Shown here: piece by piece, positions 1 to 13,716 of the stretch
Numbering within the stretch: the first letter of the stretch is position 1
Layout of the letters: every line of letters begins with the position of its first letter
NCBI RefSeq assembly: GCF_009914755.1
Contig: NC_060939.1
Source: the human T2T-CHM13v2.0 reference genome, Homo sapiens
Direction: 5' to 3' (one strand)
DNA length: 64,000 bases
Position numbers and translations under genes: made by a program
Notes under the pieces: generated by a model
What the model was told of the DNA's origin: nothing
Seen by the model: the letters and a program-made list of their open reading frames with translations, nothing else
The model's database searches: none

Positions 1-378
1 GTGGCATCTAAAATCAAAACAAACTCATGGACATAGAGAGTATAAGGATGGTTATCAGAGGCTGGGAAAGGTAGTTGGGGGGGATTTTGTGGGAAGGTGG
101 GGATGGTTAATGGGTATAAAAATAGAGAGTTAATAAGACCTACTATTTTATAGCACAATAGGGTGACTATATCCAATAATAATTTCGTTGTACATTTTGA
201 AATAACTAAGACTGTAATTGAATTTTTTATAACTTGAAGGATAAATGCTTGAGGGGAGGGATACCCCATTCCCCAAGATGTGCTGAAATAAGGTGAAATA
301 ACCTTGCATGCCTGTATCAAAACATCTCAGGGACCCCACAGATACATACACATACTATGTACCCACAACATTTTTAAA
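1..378 (+). mobile_element. L1M (L1MA-type) LINE 3' UTR fragment
   Basis: Characteristic L1MA 3' end motifs (ctcatggacatagagagta...ggttatcagaggctggga...ggataaatgcttgagggga...tactatgtacccaca). Confidence 0.7.
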
Positions 379-1349
379 CAATCTAATACAATTTTTTAAA
401 TGGCTCTTATTTTTTGTTAACTTCAATTATTGTAAAATATATTCTATTATTTATGATTTGCCTTGTTTGAAAACAAATTTTAAAAACACTATTTAAGACC
501 AGATAAATGGACTAGGAGTAACTTGCATAAAAATGACAGAAATTGCTGCTACTTCTTCTAATTATTGAGATGGTATTTCTATATTTGTGAAATTATCTGA
601 TAGAAAATTGAATTGTTTCCAACATTATTTTTCATAATTAAACATGTTATATTGCTACTTCTTTAAAAGTAGCCTTTAAAATATTACCAATCTATTTTAA
701 AGTCTACTTGCCAAAACATTAAACTATTCTTAAAAAAAGTAATTTATTTAATTACCTAACATCCTCAAGCAATGTCCTAATTTTCTCAAGCAATTATCTG
801 ATTTTCTCAAGCAATTGATATTAGCAAGTTGTGCTAGCTAACTGCTGAGAATCATTGTCTACATATGAGATAAATCATCTATCAATCCTTTAAAGAAGAC
901 TTTATGAGCCATAGAGATTGTAGTCCAATCTGTATCACTGACTTTAAACATTGGATAATTGACACTCCGTGTTGTCTGTAAGCCTATTTCACAGCAGCTG
1001 AGTGATGTTAATAGGTACCTCTTGGAGTGCCATTTTCCTTGTAACCCTTAGATTAATTCAGATTGACTGAGTTCTGTGTCAGTGGAAATTGCCAGAATTA
1101 TATCATGCTGCTTTGCATCTAGTTTCACTTTTCCAAAAGCCTACACAGATTTCAGATGTTTAGAAAATAGCTCTTGTTTTCCTTCTGGGTAATCTTTTTC
1201 ATGTCACCACTCTTGTCAGCATCTGCATTGGGCAAATTTCCTAGGACCTCCCTTCTGCGTCTTTTAAAATATGAAAACAAAATCAATGTAGCGCAGCAAG
1301 CCAGGGAAAGTCTGCTTTGATTGACTTACGGCCATAGTCACCCAGCAGT

Positions 1350-1853
1350 TCCTTCAGATGTGGCTTCCCAGGTCAGCCACTGAGCCCACCGCTGTCCTCC
1401 TGCCTGCAGAAGTGGCTCTGTGAGCCGTTTGAGGAGAAAATGGGGGACTTTGGGCTTCAGCCCGAGGAGAACACGGTGGAGATGGAGGAGCCCCTGGGCG
1501 TCCGCAGGTTAACTGAAAACATGAGAGGACACAAGCACGGGACCAAGTCTGTCACTAACCTGTAAAGTACTCTCACCAAGCCGACTGGGCACTTTGTCTG
1601 AGCGCCTGCCTTTGCCACCACTGTGTGCAGGAATGCCTGGGTCATGACTGGGCCATCCCAGTGTTCTTATTTCTATACATTCCGAGGTTACCCCTCAGCA
1701 AAACTCCAGAGGCTGGCAGACACAGCGGAGCATCCTGCAGTAGGGATCCGAAGCCATGGAATCTCCAAAGGACCACTTGACCGCGTCCCAGAAGCTCCAG
1801 CTCAGGCTGGACATTGCCCAGAAAGCCCACATCGTCTTTGGCAAGACCTCCCG
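1350..1853 (+). pseudogene. GRAMD4P: GRAMD4 processed pseudogene fragment (decayed, 3' part replaced by L1)
   Basis: 1447-1527 reads DFGLQPEENTVEMEEPLGVRRLTENMR and ~1789-1845 reads [19 protein letters not shown]. These match GRAMD4 as I recall it (DFRFQPEENTVETEEPLSARRLTENMR; EKFQLVLDVAQKAQNLFGK). The motifs are contiguous with no introns, and there are stops and frameshifts. Confidence 0.85.
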
Positions 1854-1855
1854 GA

Positions 1856-2305
1856 TTGTGGTTTTGATTTGCATTTCTCTGATGGCCAGTGATGATGAAC
1901 ATTTTTTCATGTGTCTGTTGGCTGCATAAATGTCTTCTTTTGAGAAGTGTCTGTTCATATCCTTCGCCCACTTTTTGATGGGATTGTTTGATTTTTTCTG
2001 GTACATTTGTTTAAGTTCTTTGTAGATTCTGGATATTAGCCCTTTGTCAGATGGGTAGATTGCAAAATTTTTCTGCCATTCTGTAAGTTGCCTGTTCACT
2101 CTGATGGTAGTTTCTTTTGCTGTGCAGAAGGTCTTTAGTTTAGTTAGATCCCATTTGTCAATTTTGGCTTTTGTTGCCATTGTTTTTGGTGATTTAGACA
2201 TGAAGTCCTTGCCCATGCCTATGTCCTGAATGGTATTGCCTAGGTTTTCTTCTAGGGTTTTTATGGTTTTAGGTCTAACATTTAAGTCTTTAATCCATCT
2301 TGAAA
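1856..2305 (-). mobile_element. L1PA ORF2 C-terminal fragment
   Basis: ORF 1695..2216 ([28 protein letters not shown]...IREMQIKTT) is L1 ORF2p C-terminal sequence. Confidence 0.95.
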
Positions 2306-2369
2306 AGTTAATAATAATAAAAATAATAATATGGAAGAAATTTAAAAAAAACCTCCCAGAGACCAGGAA

Positions 2370-3065
2370 CTTGGGGCGCGCGGCCTGAGATCACCCCAAG
2401 CTCTGGGTGCCTTCCTGTCCTTCTGCTTCTTCCTTGGCCGCTTTAGGGGGCGCGCCTTGCCATGCGTCTCCCTGCGGGCGGCGCGGTGGTGCTCCTGGAT
2501 GTCACCTCCAGGCGCTTTTGAGACTGCGACCGGCACCGGGCACCAGGCACCTGCGGATTGGCCTCCCCACGCCGGGTTCAGGGACCTCCAGCGCTCCGCG
2601 GTGCAGGCTGCAGGCGACCTCAACGTGGAGCTGCTGCCAGCGCCACAGGCCCCAGGGGAGGCCCAGGATGCTGCTTCCCCGCCCCAAGAAGGGCAGTTTG
2701 GAGGAAAGTCTTTGGCCTGATGGAAGGCGGCGCCCATCGGGGGCGGGGCTGAGAACTAGGCCGGCGCCGCTGCCTGGTAAGCGGGGACCAAGAGGCCCAC
2801 GGCCTCCATCAGGAACCAGGTGCTTCTCCAAATCCCGGACGTCCAGGAGGAACAACGGCGTCAAGCTGGCTGACACCAGGAACACCCAGAAGTCCCCGCT
2901 CCTGTCTGTCCTTCCGCACTCAGGAGCGGGGATGGCCACAGGGACACCATCTGCCCACAAACCGCTGGCGTTTGCTGCCATGGTGCGCGGAGATGCGGTC
3001 CCCGAGGAGGCCACTTTCGGCCAGGACGCCGGGATCGTATCAGCGGCAGCATCCCGCGCTGACAC
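2370..3065. promoter_or_regulatory. CpG-island-like GC-rich block
   Basis: Dense CpGs and GC boxes (ggggcggggc ~2740) against an AT-rich background. Confidence 0.6.
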
Positions 3066-3489
3066 TCAGTATTGACTTTCCCCGGACATTGCTGGATTTT
3101 TTCCTTTTTAAAACAATTTTGCAGTGGGAGAACAAAAAAGGGCATCCTCAGAGCTTTTACAAAATTCTCCTGGACCTGTTGTTCTATGGTGTTCACCTCT
3201 GCGTTTTACGCACCACTAATGGGCCAGAGCTCCTAAGGCCTATAAAGGCCCCACCCAGCGCTTTAGACACCCCTGAGGGACACTCGCGGCTCAGGAGGAT
3301 AAATGTTCTCAGGGGCCTGCTGTGAGGAGGACATGCAGCCCCTCAGCCACCACATCTTCCTCCATTCCAGCCTGGAAAGAGAGACCTTGCCCTCCACCTT
3401 ACAGGCCTTCCTGACCTTGGGACCCACTCTAGAGGCCACGCGCATTTCCACTGCCAAAGCAATGACACAGGAGATGGAAAGAAATTCTT

Positions 3490-3806
<317 letters not shown>

Positions 3807-3867
3807 CTAAGTAATTTCTCTATTAGAGCCCAGAGTCGTGGGGCCCACACCGCCAGCTGACACATGA

Positions 3868-4478
3868 AAGTGTGGCAACGATGTGGTGGTGTCTCTGTGT
3901 GGCAGCGTGGTGGTGTGTCTGTGTGGTGGTGTGTCCGCATTTCTGTGTGGTGGTGTGTCCGTGTGGCAGAGTGTCTGTGTGGTGCTATGTCCATGTGGTG
4001 GTGTGTTCATGTATCTGCATGGTGATGTCTCCGTGTGACAGTGTGTTTGTGTATCCGTGTGACAGTGTCTGTGTGTCCTTGTTTCCACATGGCAGTGTCT
4101 GTGTGGTGGTGTCTGACAGTGTGGAGGTGTGTCCATGTGACAGTGAGGCGGTGTGTGTGTGTGTGGCAGTGTCCATGTGGCAGTGTGTTTTTGTGTTCGT
4201 GTGAGTGTGATGGTGTGTCCATGTGACAGTGTAGTGATGTCTCTTGTGTGTGTCCCTGTGATAGTGTGGTGGTGTGTCCATGTGGTGACGTCTCCGTGTG
4301 TCTGTGTGTCCCTGTGATAGTGTGGTGGTGTGTCCGTGTGGATTTCTCCGTATGTCTGTGTGTCCGTCCATGTGAATGTGCCAGTGTGTCCATGTGACGG
4401 TGTCTCCGTGTGGTAATGTCTCCGTGTGTCTGTACATGTGACAGTGTGGTGGTGTGTGCGTGTAACAATGTGGCGGTG
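3868..4478. repeat. Degenerate TG-rich minisatellite (gtgtccatgtgacagtgtggtggt-like units)
   Basis: About 600 bp of imperfect 20-26-nt units; it produces the His/Thr-rich spurious ORFs. Confidence 0.85.
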
Positions 4479-4479
4479 T

Positions 4480-5590
4480 TCCCTTCCCGGCTTGCGGAGC
4501 TGGCGTCTTTCCCTCTCAGCCCAGGACGCCCCAGGAGACCCCCAGCTTGGAGGGCAGGAGGTGGCTTCTGTGGAGGGAGGCGCAGGGAGCCCCAACAGCC
4601 GAGTTTTGGGGTCCCCTGCATTGGGTGGGAGTGAGGAGAAAGGTGCCCGGGCAGCCAGGACAAGCCTGGGCCTGCCCTAAGGAGGTGACCCACTCCGGGC
4701 CTGCATTTTGGGGCGAGCACTCCAGCTCGGTCATCTTGTCCTAAGTCCTTTGTGTGCCGTGGAGATTGCTGAGTTTTGAAGAAGGGAAGGTCATCTTTGT
4801 CGCGGAAAGCCTGATGTGTTTCTCTATTGCTGTCACTTTTCAGCCTCATGGCTGGCGAAACATCAAACATTGGGCACCTTCTGCCAAGAAAACTCCCGGA
4901 AGAAAATGTGGGGACTGGCAGTATCCAACCAGAGGAGTCACACACAGATTTCTGTTTGGTTGGAGATCGGCCGTTTTTCCCTGTGGGTGGGGGAAGCGCA
5001 GCAGCTCTGCAGCGGGAAGGAAGGGGGGTTCTGTGTGGCCAGGAAGGTCCTGGCCCGGGGCGGAGGGGCCAGAGGTGATGTGCGGCGAAAGGCTGTGCAG
5101 GGCAGCGGGCAGTGTGCATCGCCCCTACTGCCGGGCGCCCAGGAGGAGGACAGGTCCCGGCCTGGCAGGAGCAGAGGCGACGGGGCTGGAGTCCCCGCAC
5201 CAGGCTTGAGGGCCGGCGGAGCCGCAGGCTGTGGCGGAGGGGGACTCCCGGGCACCTGGTGGGTGTCCCCATGACCAGGATGCACACCGGGCTCCGGAGG
5301 CCAGGCGGACCAAGCTAGGGGTGCCAGGGGAGGCTCGAGGTTCCCTCGGTGGGAGGTGGGTCCCTGGACCCTGGTCTCCTGCTGCTGTCCCCCCTTCGCT
5401 CAGGGGCGCCCCGCCAGGGTCGCCTATCTGGGACCTCAGCGCAGCTCCTAGTGGGCGGGAGGCTGAGGCAGAGGCCTCCGGGCCCAGCTGGGTCTGCAGT
5501 TTCCACCACTCGTGATGCAGGGCGAGCTCAAGCTGTGCCACCCAGGCAGGAAACCCTCCGACCTTGCCAGCTTTGGCGCCAGCCTTGGTG
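4480..5590. promoter_or_regulatory. Second CpG-island-like GC-rich block
   Basis: High GC and CpG density from 4480 to 5590, with an abrupt switch to AT-rich DNA at ~5640. Confidence 0.55.
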
Positions 5591-6439
5591 ACTCTCTCCA
5601 GCTCAGCTTCAACACCTTTCAACAGTTCTGTGTTCTCTATTATCACAAGAATTCTTTCTGTATTTCCTATCCTTTATCAAATAGGAATTTAAATATGCAT
5701 ATGGAGTGATTATCACAGTTGAAACATTAAACAATATACAATTTCATGTGTCTTTTTTGTTTAATGTATAATTTTCTAAGAAGTAAAATTATGACTCTAC
5801 TGCAAATATAAGATAAACACATATCAACAATGTTTTTCAACTCAATAAGCGATGAGGGTTCCAGTAACAGGTTCAAATCATTGCAAGGAACATTAAAGGA
5901 GCTTTACAGCCAATGTTAACGTCAGATCGCTGGGTACTTACAGTACTGGTTAGTATCCAACATAGCCAGAAGCTGTCATCTTTGTGAGTTCTCTCTTCCA
6001 TGGCACAGAAATGATGCGTTTTTCTACTGTACAAAATATTTATCTTTTCTACTACTTCTGCACATAAAAATATTGCTAGTCAGAAAAGACCAGAATTGCA
6101 CTGAAAGAAAATCTCAGTAATATCTCTCACCTGTATTCTTACTTTTTCTTCCTTTATGAAATATCTTTCAACTGCATTTTCTATCTGAAAGTTTATAGAG
6201 AGATGAAAATGAATAAAAGCATAGTAAGTGAATATTTTGATAACATTTTGCAGCTTTATTCATGTCTAACGAACATAAAACACACTTCCAATATTTAAAG
6301 TGTAAATGAGATGAATTTGATATGTACATGTGCCCATTAATCACCATGAAGGGGACAATGAGCATATCCAATACTCTCAAAGCTTCCCAGTTCTCTTTTG
6401 TAATGCACACTCATACCTCTCAGGTGTGAAGTATTGAGC

Positions 6440-6441
<2 letters not shown>

Positions 6442-6481
<40 letters not shown>
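6442..6481. repeat. (CA)n microsatellite
   Basis: About 20 perfect CA units. Confidence 0.95.
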
Positions 6482-6483
<2 letters not shown>

Positions 6484-6494
6484 TATATACTGGG

Positions 6495-6980
6495 ATATCT
6501 AATTGTTTCAGAAGCATTTGTTGAAAATGTTATGTCCATGAATGGTCTAAGAACTTTATCAAAAATTAGCTGATAGATGATATACATGTGTATATCTATA
6601 TTTGTACTACATTGTCTTAAGTATTACTGTAATGTTATAAGTCTTGAATCCAGGTGCTGTTAATTCTCCAGCAGCACCTGGTTTCAAAGTAACTGTTTCC
6701 TTTCAAAGTAATTTGCCATTATAGGTCCTCTACCCATCGATGTACATTTCAGAATTTTAGTTTCTCAATTTCTAAAATAAGAAATCCAGCTGTGATTTGA
6801 TTGGAATTGTTATAGATCAATGTGGAAAGAGTAGACATCTTAACAATATTGAGATTTATGACTCATAAATTCCATTTATTTAGGTCTCGTTTATTTTAGC
6901 AATATTTTGTAGTTTTGTAGTTTTCAAATGTTTCTCTTTTTTGCTGGTTTATCTCTAAGTACTACATATTTTGATATTTA
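6495..6980 (-). mobile_element. Old L1M ORF2 fragment
   Basis: Diverged antisense L1 motifs (gatttgattggaattg...tagacatcttaacaatattgag...ttccatttatttaggtct). Confidence 0.6.
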
Positions 6981-7554
6981 CAATAATATCAAAATTATGG
7001 TAATATTAATGCAAATGTTGTTTTATTTTTTCCTCCATTAATTGTCAGGTAGTTTTAAATCATAATTTAATTGTATGATAAAACTGAATTTTGCGAGAAA
7101 TGTATACATATTGTATATATACTTTTTTTCAGTTTGGCAGATTGACTGCATTATCATATCATAATTTAAAATTGCACTAATTACCACTCAGCCTCCTCTC
7201 AAGGACAATATATCAAAATATATAGCATGTTTCAGTTTACTTAGCATCATGAAACTCTCATATTGCACTTACTTTTGGAAACCTGGAATAATAAAATAAT
7301 GTAAATGTCAGTTCACAGGCGACATATGAGTACATGCGACAATTTTCTAAATATCGACCTATCGCTCTTTAATTCTATGTTAATATTGTCAATTTTTTCC
7401 TCCTCTTGCAACTCTCTTATGCAGCTTATTGACTTTTGGTTCAATTCCTTCCCTGTTTTCCCCCCAATCTACTTTCTAATATTTTACTGATGTTGTGCTC
7501 CTTTTTATTTGGACACTTTTAAAAAGCTGTGTAATTTCTCCTTTGTATTAAAAT

Positions 7555-8075
7555 GCAAATCCATATCCAAAATAAATGAGCGGAGGGACCAAAAAGATGT
7601 TTGTGCAGCGTGTCCGTTAGCAATATTATTCACAATAATCAAAGGGAGGGAGCAGCCCATGTGAATATTGATGGATGAGTGGTTAAACAAAATGTGGTAT
7701 ATACGGCAACATAATAATATTCAGCCTTAAAATATATTCTCACACATGCTACAAAATAGATGAAACTTGAAGACATGCTAAGTGAAATAAGCCAGTCAGA
7801 AAAATTCAAACATTCTATCATGCCACTTCTATGAGTTACTTAGTGAAATTTGTAGAGACAGAAAGTAGAATGGTGATTGCTAGGGGGAAGGAGAGGGAGA
7901 GGAATGGGAAGTTGGTGTTCAATGAGTAAAGCATTTTAGTTGGAGAAGAAGACAAGTTTTGGAGGTCTATGGTGGTGACTGTTGCACAATAGTGCAAATA
8001 TACTTAATGCCACAAAACTGTGCACTTAAAGTGATTAAAAAGGTAAATTTTATGTTGTGTATATCTTTCCAGAAT
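7555..8075 (+). mobile_element. L1MB 3' UTR fragment
   Basis: Motifs aaacaaaatgtggtatata...atgctaagtgaaataagccagtca...gagacagaaagtagaatggtgattgc...aaattttatgttgtgtat. Confidence 0.8.
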
Positions 8076-9506
8076 TATAAACCTGCCATCACAGTATAGA
8101 AATAGAATATATTATATAGCGTTAGGTGATGATATTTTACACATTTGCACATAATTAGAATTTCAAAGCCTTAATTTCAGATACGGTAGTCTAAGACATA
8201 ACAATATTGATGTAAGAAAGCCGTAAGAAATGTTTATTTTCAATCAGATTTACTAAAAAAATTTATTGAACTGGTCAATTTTCTTTGCCAATATTACTGT
8301 ATTCTTATTTCTAGTAATAGAGGTGTGAGAAAGCATCAAGGAAACTAAAATTGCATTCTCATACTGACTGCATACAATAATTCTGAAAACAGCAGAAGTT
8401 ATGTATATCCCCCATAAGTAAAACATGAGTAACACAACAGAACAAAAATTAATAGGAGACAATTCAAATAATGGTGACCTGTTATTCTTATCTAGTTAAG
8501 TACTATTCTTTTCTAACAGGAATTTGCTATTTCAAATATATTATCTGAGATGTCTATATTTATATTTTGAGATGCCATACAAACTTGAGTCAATGACATA
8601 GAATTTTACAAATCAAGAAGCTTATTCTGGGGTCATTTCTTTTGACATTAAACTACTAAAGAGGCATTAATGATCCATAAATTATATTATCTACATTTAC
8701 AGCATTTAAAATGTGTTCAGCATGAAATATTAGTTACAGGATAAGTGAAATAAATTAAACATGGAATAAAGATTTATCCTTAAATATAAATTACAAGAAG
8801 ACTTGGTATTAGTTTTTCACAAGTGAAGCATTCTTATAAAATGTCATAACCTTTTTGGGGAAACTCTGGGAAAAATGGAGAAACTCTGAAGGGTTTTAAG
8901 TATCTTTCCTGAAGCTACAGACTCCATAATCTCTCTTTACAGGGAGCTCCTGCAGCTCCAACAGAAATGAGTGGCTGAGATTCCTGGTTGCAGAGCAGAG
9001 CTTCTCATCCAAACCCTTTCCCTTTTTAGTGTCTGTGTATCAGTATAAAAGTTCTATAAACTGTAGTTACTTATTTTAATCCCAAAGCACAGTAACAATA
9101 TATTTCATCCAAGGGTTGGCAGTTTCTGTGAGTGTTTTGTCTAATTCTCCAAAACTCTATCTACAGGATTCCAAACAGCCTAAAAAGTAAAATATTTTAA
9201 AAAGGGGAAAGGGAGAAAGGGAAAGAAAATAAAATTAATAGCCCATTCTGTCACTGTTATTAAACACCAGAATACCTTTCTGTTAATCTAATTAAAATTA
9301 GTGACATCATTTAACATTTATGTCTTCAACAAAAGTTTGGAATCCTGAAAAAGACATTTAATTTCCTAATAAATATATTTGAATTGAATTGAAATCCTTA
9401 CATATTACTTTAAATAAAGAACACAAGATGATTTATGATGTAGAAAATTCTATCCCTCATTGTCCAAAATCTAATAGTTAAATTGAACTTGTTAAATAAT
9501 ATTTTT

Positions 9507-9797
9507 GGCCAGGCATGTGGCTTACATCTGTAATCCCAATACTTTGGGAGGCAAAGGCAGGTGGATTGCTTGAGCTGAGTAGTTGCAGACCAGGCTCGGC
9601 AACATGGTGAAACCCAATCTTTACCAAAAAAAAAAAAAAATTTTAGCCAGGCGTAGTGGCTTGCCTGCCTGTAGTCCCAGCTACTCAGGAGGATGAGGTG
9701 GGAGGATCACCGGAGCCTGGGGAAGCTGGGGCTGCAGTGAGCCATGATTGTGCCACTGCACTCCAGCTTGGGCAACAGACTGAGACCCTGTCTCAAA
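9507..9797 (+). mobile_element. AluJ
   Basis: Dimeric Alu with J-type features (ggattgcttgagc; gggaggatcac; gagccatgattgtgcc). Confidence 0.9.
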
Positions 9798-9852
9798 GAA
9801 AGACAGAAAGAAAGACAAGAAAGACAAGAAAGACAAGAAAGACAAGAAAGAA

Positions 9853-9884
<32 letters not shown>

Positions 9885-9930
9885 AAAGAAAGAAAGAAAG
9901 AAAGATAAAGAGAGAAAGGAAGGAAGGAAA
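9795..9930. repeat. (GAAA)n/(AAGACAAGA)n compound microsatellite from the Alu tail
   Basis: Purine-rich repeat directly after the Alu 3' end. Confidence 0.9.
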
Positions 9931-12049
9931 ATTAATAGTTTTGGTGGCAATAATCTTTATGGAATTTTGCTTTAATGAAATAGATTTAACTAAGTAGTGA
10001 CATGATCTGCTTAAGTGTATTGACCCTAGCAATCAGAGGCCTCCGTATCCCCACAATGACTTAACAGTTACATTTGACAAGCCTTGATTCTCCTATCCTA
10101 CGCACAGCATAGTCAGAATTTCAGAATTCCAACTTTCCCCATGCTATTTGGGCACGTTGCTTAACATCTCTAAGACTCGATATTTATACTCTTAAGATAC
10201 TACTAATAATAGTACCTAGTTTTTATGATATAATGTGCATCAAAAGCATTATACTTTCAGGCAGATGGCAATTCCTCAATAAATATTTGCTAATGTTTTA
10301 GTACAAACAGGAAAATTGGATTATGATATTTATGACACTGTTGATTCTCCTTCTAGAAACATTTGTTTCTAAAACTTGTTTTCAAATTAGAGCACTATTT
10401 TGTATTCAGATTGAAAATACTATATGTTCAGATTTTTTAAAAAACAGTATTGCATGAATGTTTTAATTAAAATATTCCTAAATGAGCTTGAGCAAGGAGG
10501 ACAGGGGAGATAAGTAAAATAAGGCTTTGTGGCATAGGAGACATTTGGTGGAAATCTTTCAGCTCAACTAAGATTTGAAAAAAAAAGAGAATTTTTATAA
10601 AAAATGTAAAGGCAGGATTTACACTGATGAGCTTGTGGAGAAAATACAGAGTCTAACATAATTCAAAAGAGACTAATCAGTCAAAGTGGTTTTGAAGGAA
10701 TATCTTGAAGAGAGAGAACATAAAATGAAGATCAGGTATGTAGTTATTTTAATAATCTATCCATGAGATAAAAAGCATTGGGTTTTATTTGTCAAAATGG
10801 GACAATAGTTCCAAGAACCATTATTTGCTCAGCCTAAAGAGGTTTTTACATTTTGAACCAGCGACATATTGTGCTAAGTAGGATAATATCCAAATTTGTG
10901 TCTATATCAATAATTTTGTTCTCAATTAAAAACACTTTATTCACACAACTGATGATTATCTGCATTTGATTTAGTGCTGAACTGTCAAAGGGGGACTAAC
11001 AAAAACAAAATATTAGAGTTGCAAGCAGTGTAAGTGGAAAATAATGATCATATTGAACTCATCATTACTGAAATAAGAAAACAAAGCAAAAAATAAATAA
11101 GAAAAAAATTGACTACGTGAACATTTGCTTCTCTCCTAAGAATCAAAACCCTTAATTTGCTGTGGCAAAAAAGCATCTGGGTCCATGAACCCATGCAAAA
11201 GTCTACTGTTTCTGGGAGATAAGAAGAAGCAAAACACATCAGCTTCCAGAGAAGGTTAAGAAACCTCTCATACCCTACCCTACCCCACCTGACACCAGGC
11301 AAAGGATCACTGCTTCTGGGAGAGGGATGCAAGAAAAATACTCCTCCATCAGGAGAGGAACAAGGATTGTTTTGGGGCCCAGGATTTTGCACTAATGCAG
11401 AGTCGTGCTACTGTGGTAAAGGTTTGGAAAGTCTCCATCCGGTGACCACAGACAAAGGTACATTGTTCCTATGGAAGGAGAAATAAAAGAGTTTGCCCTT
11501 ATTGTGGGGTTGAAAACTTGCAATGATATAAATCAGGGGTTTTCTACTACTGAGGTGGGAGGAGGGTAAGGTATTATTTCTTCTGCAAAAAACAACACAG
11601 GTAAGTGACAGTTTGACTCCCACTAGAAAAAGAGTCAAGAAGTGTTAAAAATACCCCATCTCTGAGTGTCCAATGATGAAACTGGCTCAAAAACAACACA
11701 AACCATCCCTCTGTCCCCAACCTGAATTTTTTGCCTAGTCACACACACACACACAAAATGATGTTCTACAGTTAGAGAAGAACAAGAAAGTGGAGAGAGA
11801 CCCTCTCTATAACATAGGTTGTAAGGACTACCGAAAGCTAACTGTGGAACAGGATCATTGGCATATGCTCTCCAGAGTCTAAGGCCCCACACAAGGCACA
11901 TCATATAGCAGTCTACTGCTGGAGAAATCTGAGTTACATTGTTCACTGAATGTTTCAGACACCGCAGCAAAAAGCAACCTTTGTTCCTGCCCACACTAAT
12001 AGCATGACACAAACAAAAATGAAACAGAAATGTAAAACAATCTCGACAT

Positions 12050-13345
12050 AAATAATTATCTCATGATCTACTGTTTTTCTACATCAGATGATTTGCATTT
12101 TTTAGAAATTGGGAGACACATAAAAGCAAGTTAGAAATTTGAGTTATGAGTTATAATATTTTCAAAGGATAAAAAGTCAACAGAATCAAATTCAGAGATA
12201 ATTCAGATGTTGGAACTAAATGAAAGTAATTTAAAATAATAATGATCAAAATGTTAAAGGATCTAGTTAAAAAAAGACAACATGTATGGAAAAATGAGGA
12301 ATTTCAGCAAAGATGGGAACAGTAAAAGGCAAAATCTAGAAATAAGTGAAAGCATGAGAACAGAGATGAAGTATTACATCAGCAAGCTGATTAGCAGACT
12401 GGTCATCAGAGTTAAAGAAAGAAGCAGTAAATTTTATACTAGGTCAATACAAATCATTTGAATGGTAGCACAAAGGGAGGAAAGAGAAAAACCAAATAAA
12501 CCAATGAACCAAGCAAATAAAATACTCCAGTGAATCAAAGAATTTTCTGGTAATATGAAATTAACCAAAATACAATTAATTGGAATTACAGAAGGAGAGT
12601 AAAAACAGAATGTGAGAGAAGAAAAATTTGAAAAAGATGACTGAGGAGACCAAATAACCTCAAAATATACAAGAAAGATTAATACAAAATTTAAAGAACG
12701 CTAGAATAATCACACTAGTGAAACTGCTGAAAACCAACGATTAGCATAAATCTTGAATTCAGTCACAGAAAAAATAAGAACACTGTGTAGAGAGATAAAC
12801 AGAAACAAACATTGTAATGAACTGCTTGTCAGTAACTCTACAAGTCAGAAACCAATGATACAAAATTCTTAAATAACTGAAGAAAAGTCAACCCCCAATC
12901 TTATATCCATTAACTGTAATACAGCAAAAATAACAATTAAATGACATTTGCAGATTAACACTGGAAGAGTCCCTTGCTAACAGGTATGCACTAAAATAAA
13001 TGTCAAAATCATTTCTTGAGGCAAAAGGAATATGGAAGCAGGTGAAAGTTGAAACTACACAAAGAAATAAATAATGCCAGAGAAGATATAAAGATATATA
13101 ACCCAATTATTTTACATTGCTCTAAAGATAATTGATTGTCTAATTTTTTAAAAAAAGAGTAACTTTATATTATGGAATTCATAATATTTGAGACTATAAT
13201 GCATGACATAAATAGTATAAAGGAGAGAGGAAACAGAAATATACATTTTAAGGTTTTTATACCATAGTTGGTATAGTACAAATTATAGGTTACTGTAATA
13301 AGCTAGAATAGGTATTGAAATCTCTAGAGAAACCATGAACATTTT
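12050..13345 (+). mobile_element. Very old L1M ORF1-region remnant
   Basis: A-rich diverged motifs typical of L1M ORF1 (taattcagatgttggaacta...aaaatgttaaaggatcta...ggaatttcagcaaagatg). Confidence 0.45.
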
Positions 13346-13393
13346 TAAAAAATGGTATGTGCATTAATGTTTTCATAGAACTTCCAGCTTTTA

Positions 13394-13716
13394 TTTATTT
13401 GTTTGTATTCATTTAATTTTATTTATTTTTTTTGAGATGGAGTCTCGCCCTGTTGCCCAGGCTGCAGTGCAATGGTGTGATCTCAGCTCACTGCAACCAC
13501 CTCCGCCTCCCAGGTTCCAATGATTCTCCTGCCTCAGCCTCCTGAGTAGCTGGGATTACAGGTGCCCACCACCATGCCCAGCTAATTTTTGTATTTTTAG
13601 TAGAGACGGGGTTTCACCATGTTGGCCAGGCTTGTCTCAAACTCCTGGCCTCATGATCGGCCCACCTCAGCTTCCCAAAGTGCTGGGATTACAGACTTGA
13701 GACACCGTGCCAGGCC
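13394..13716 (-). mobile_element. AluS with target-site duplication ccagctttta
   Basis: Antisense Alu; TSD at 13384-13393 and 13717-13726. Confidence 0.9.

Noticed and set aside
2342-3325. Overlapping 100-220 aa ORFs
   Set aside because: Typical CpG-island by-products with no recognisable domain.
4007-5287. 426-aa ORF and the overlapping 262-aa ORF as an intact protein-coding gene
   Set aside because: They run through a GC-rich block and the TG minisatellite, where stops are rare. The His/Thr-rich tails are repeat translation. Only a possible decayed remnant is proposed.
9656-10032. Lys/Arg-rich and Phe-rich ORFs
   Set aside because: Translation of an Alu plus (GAAA)n.
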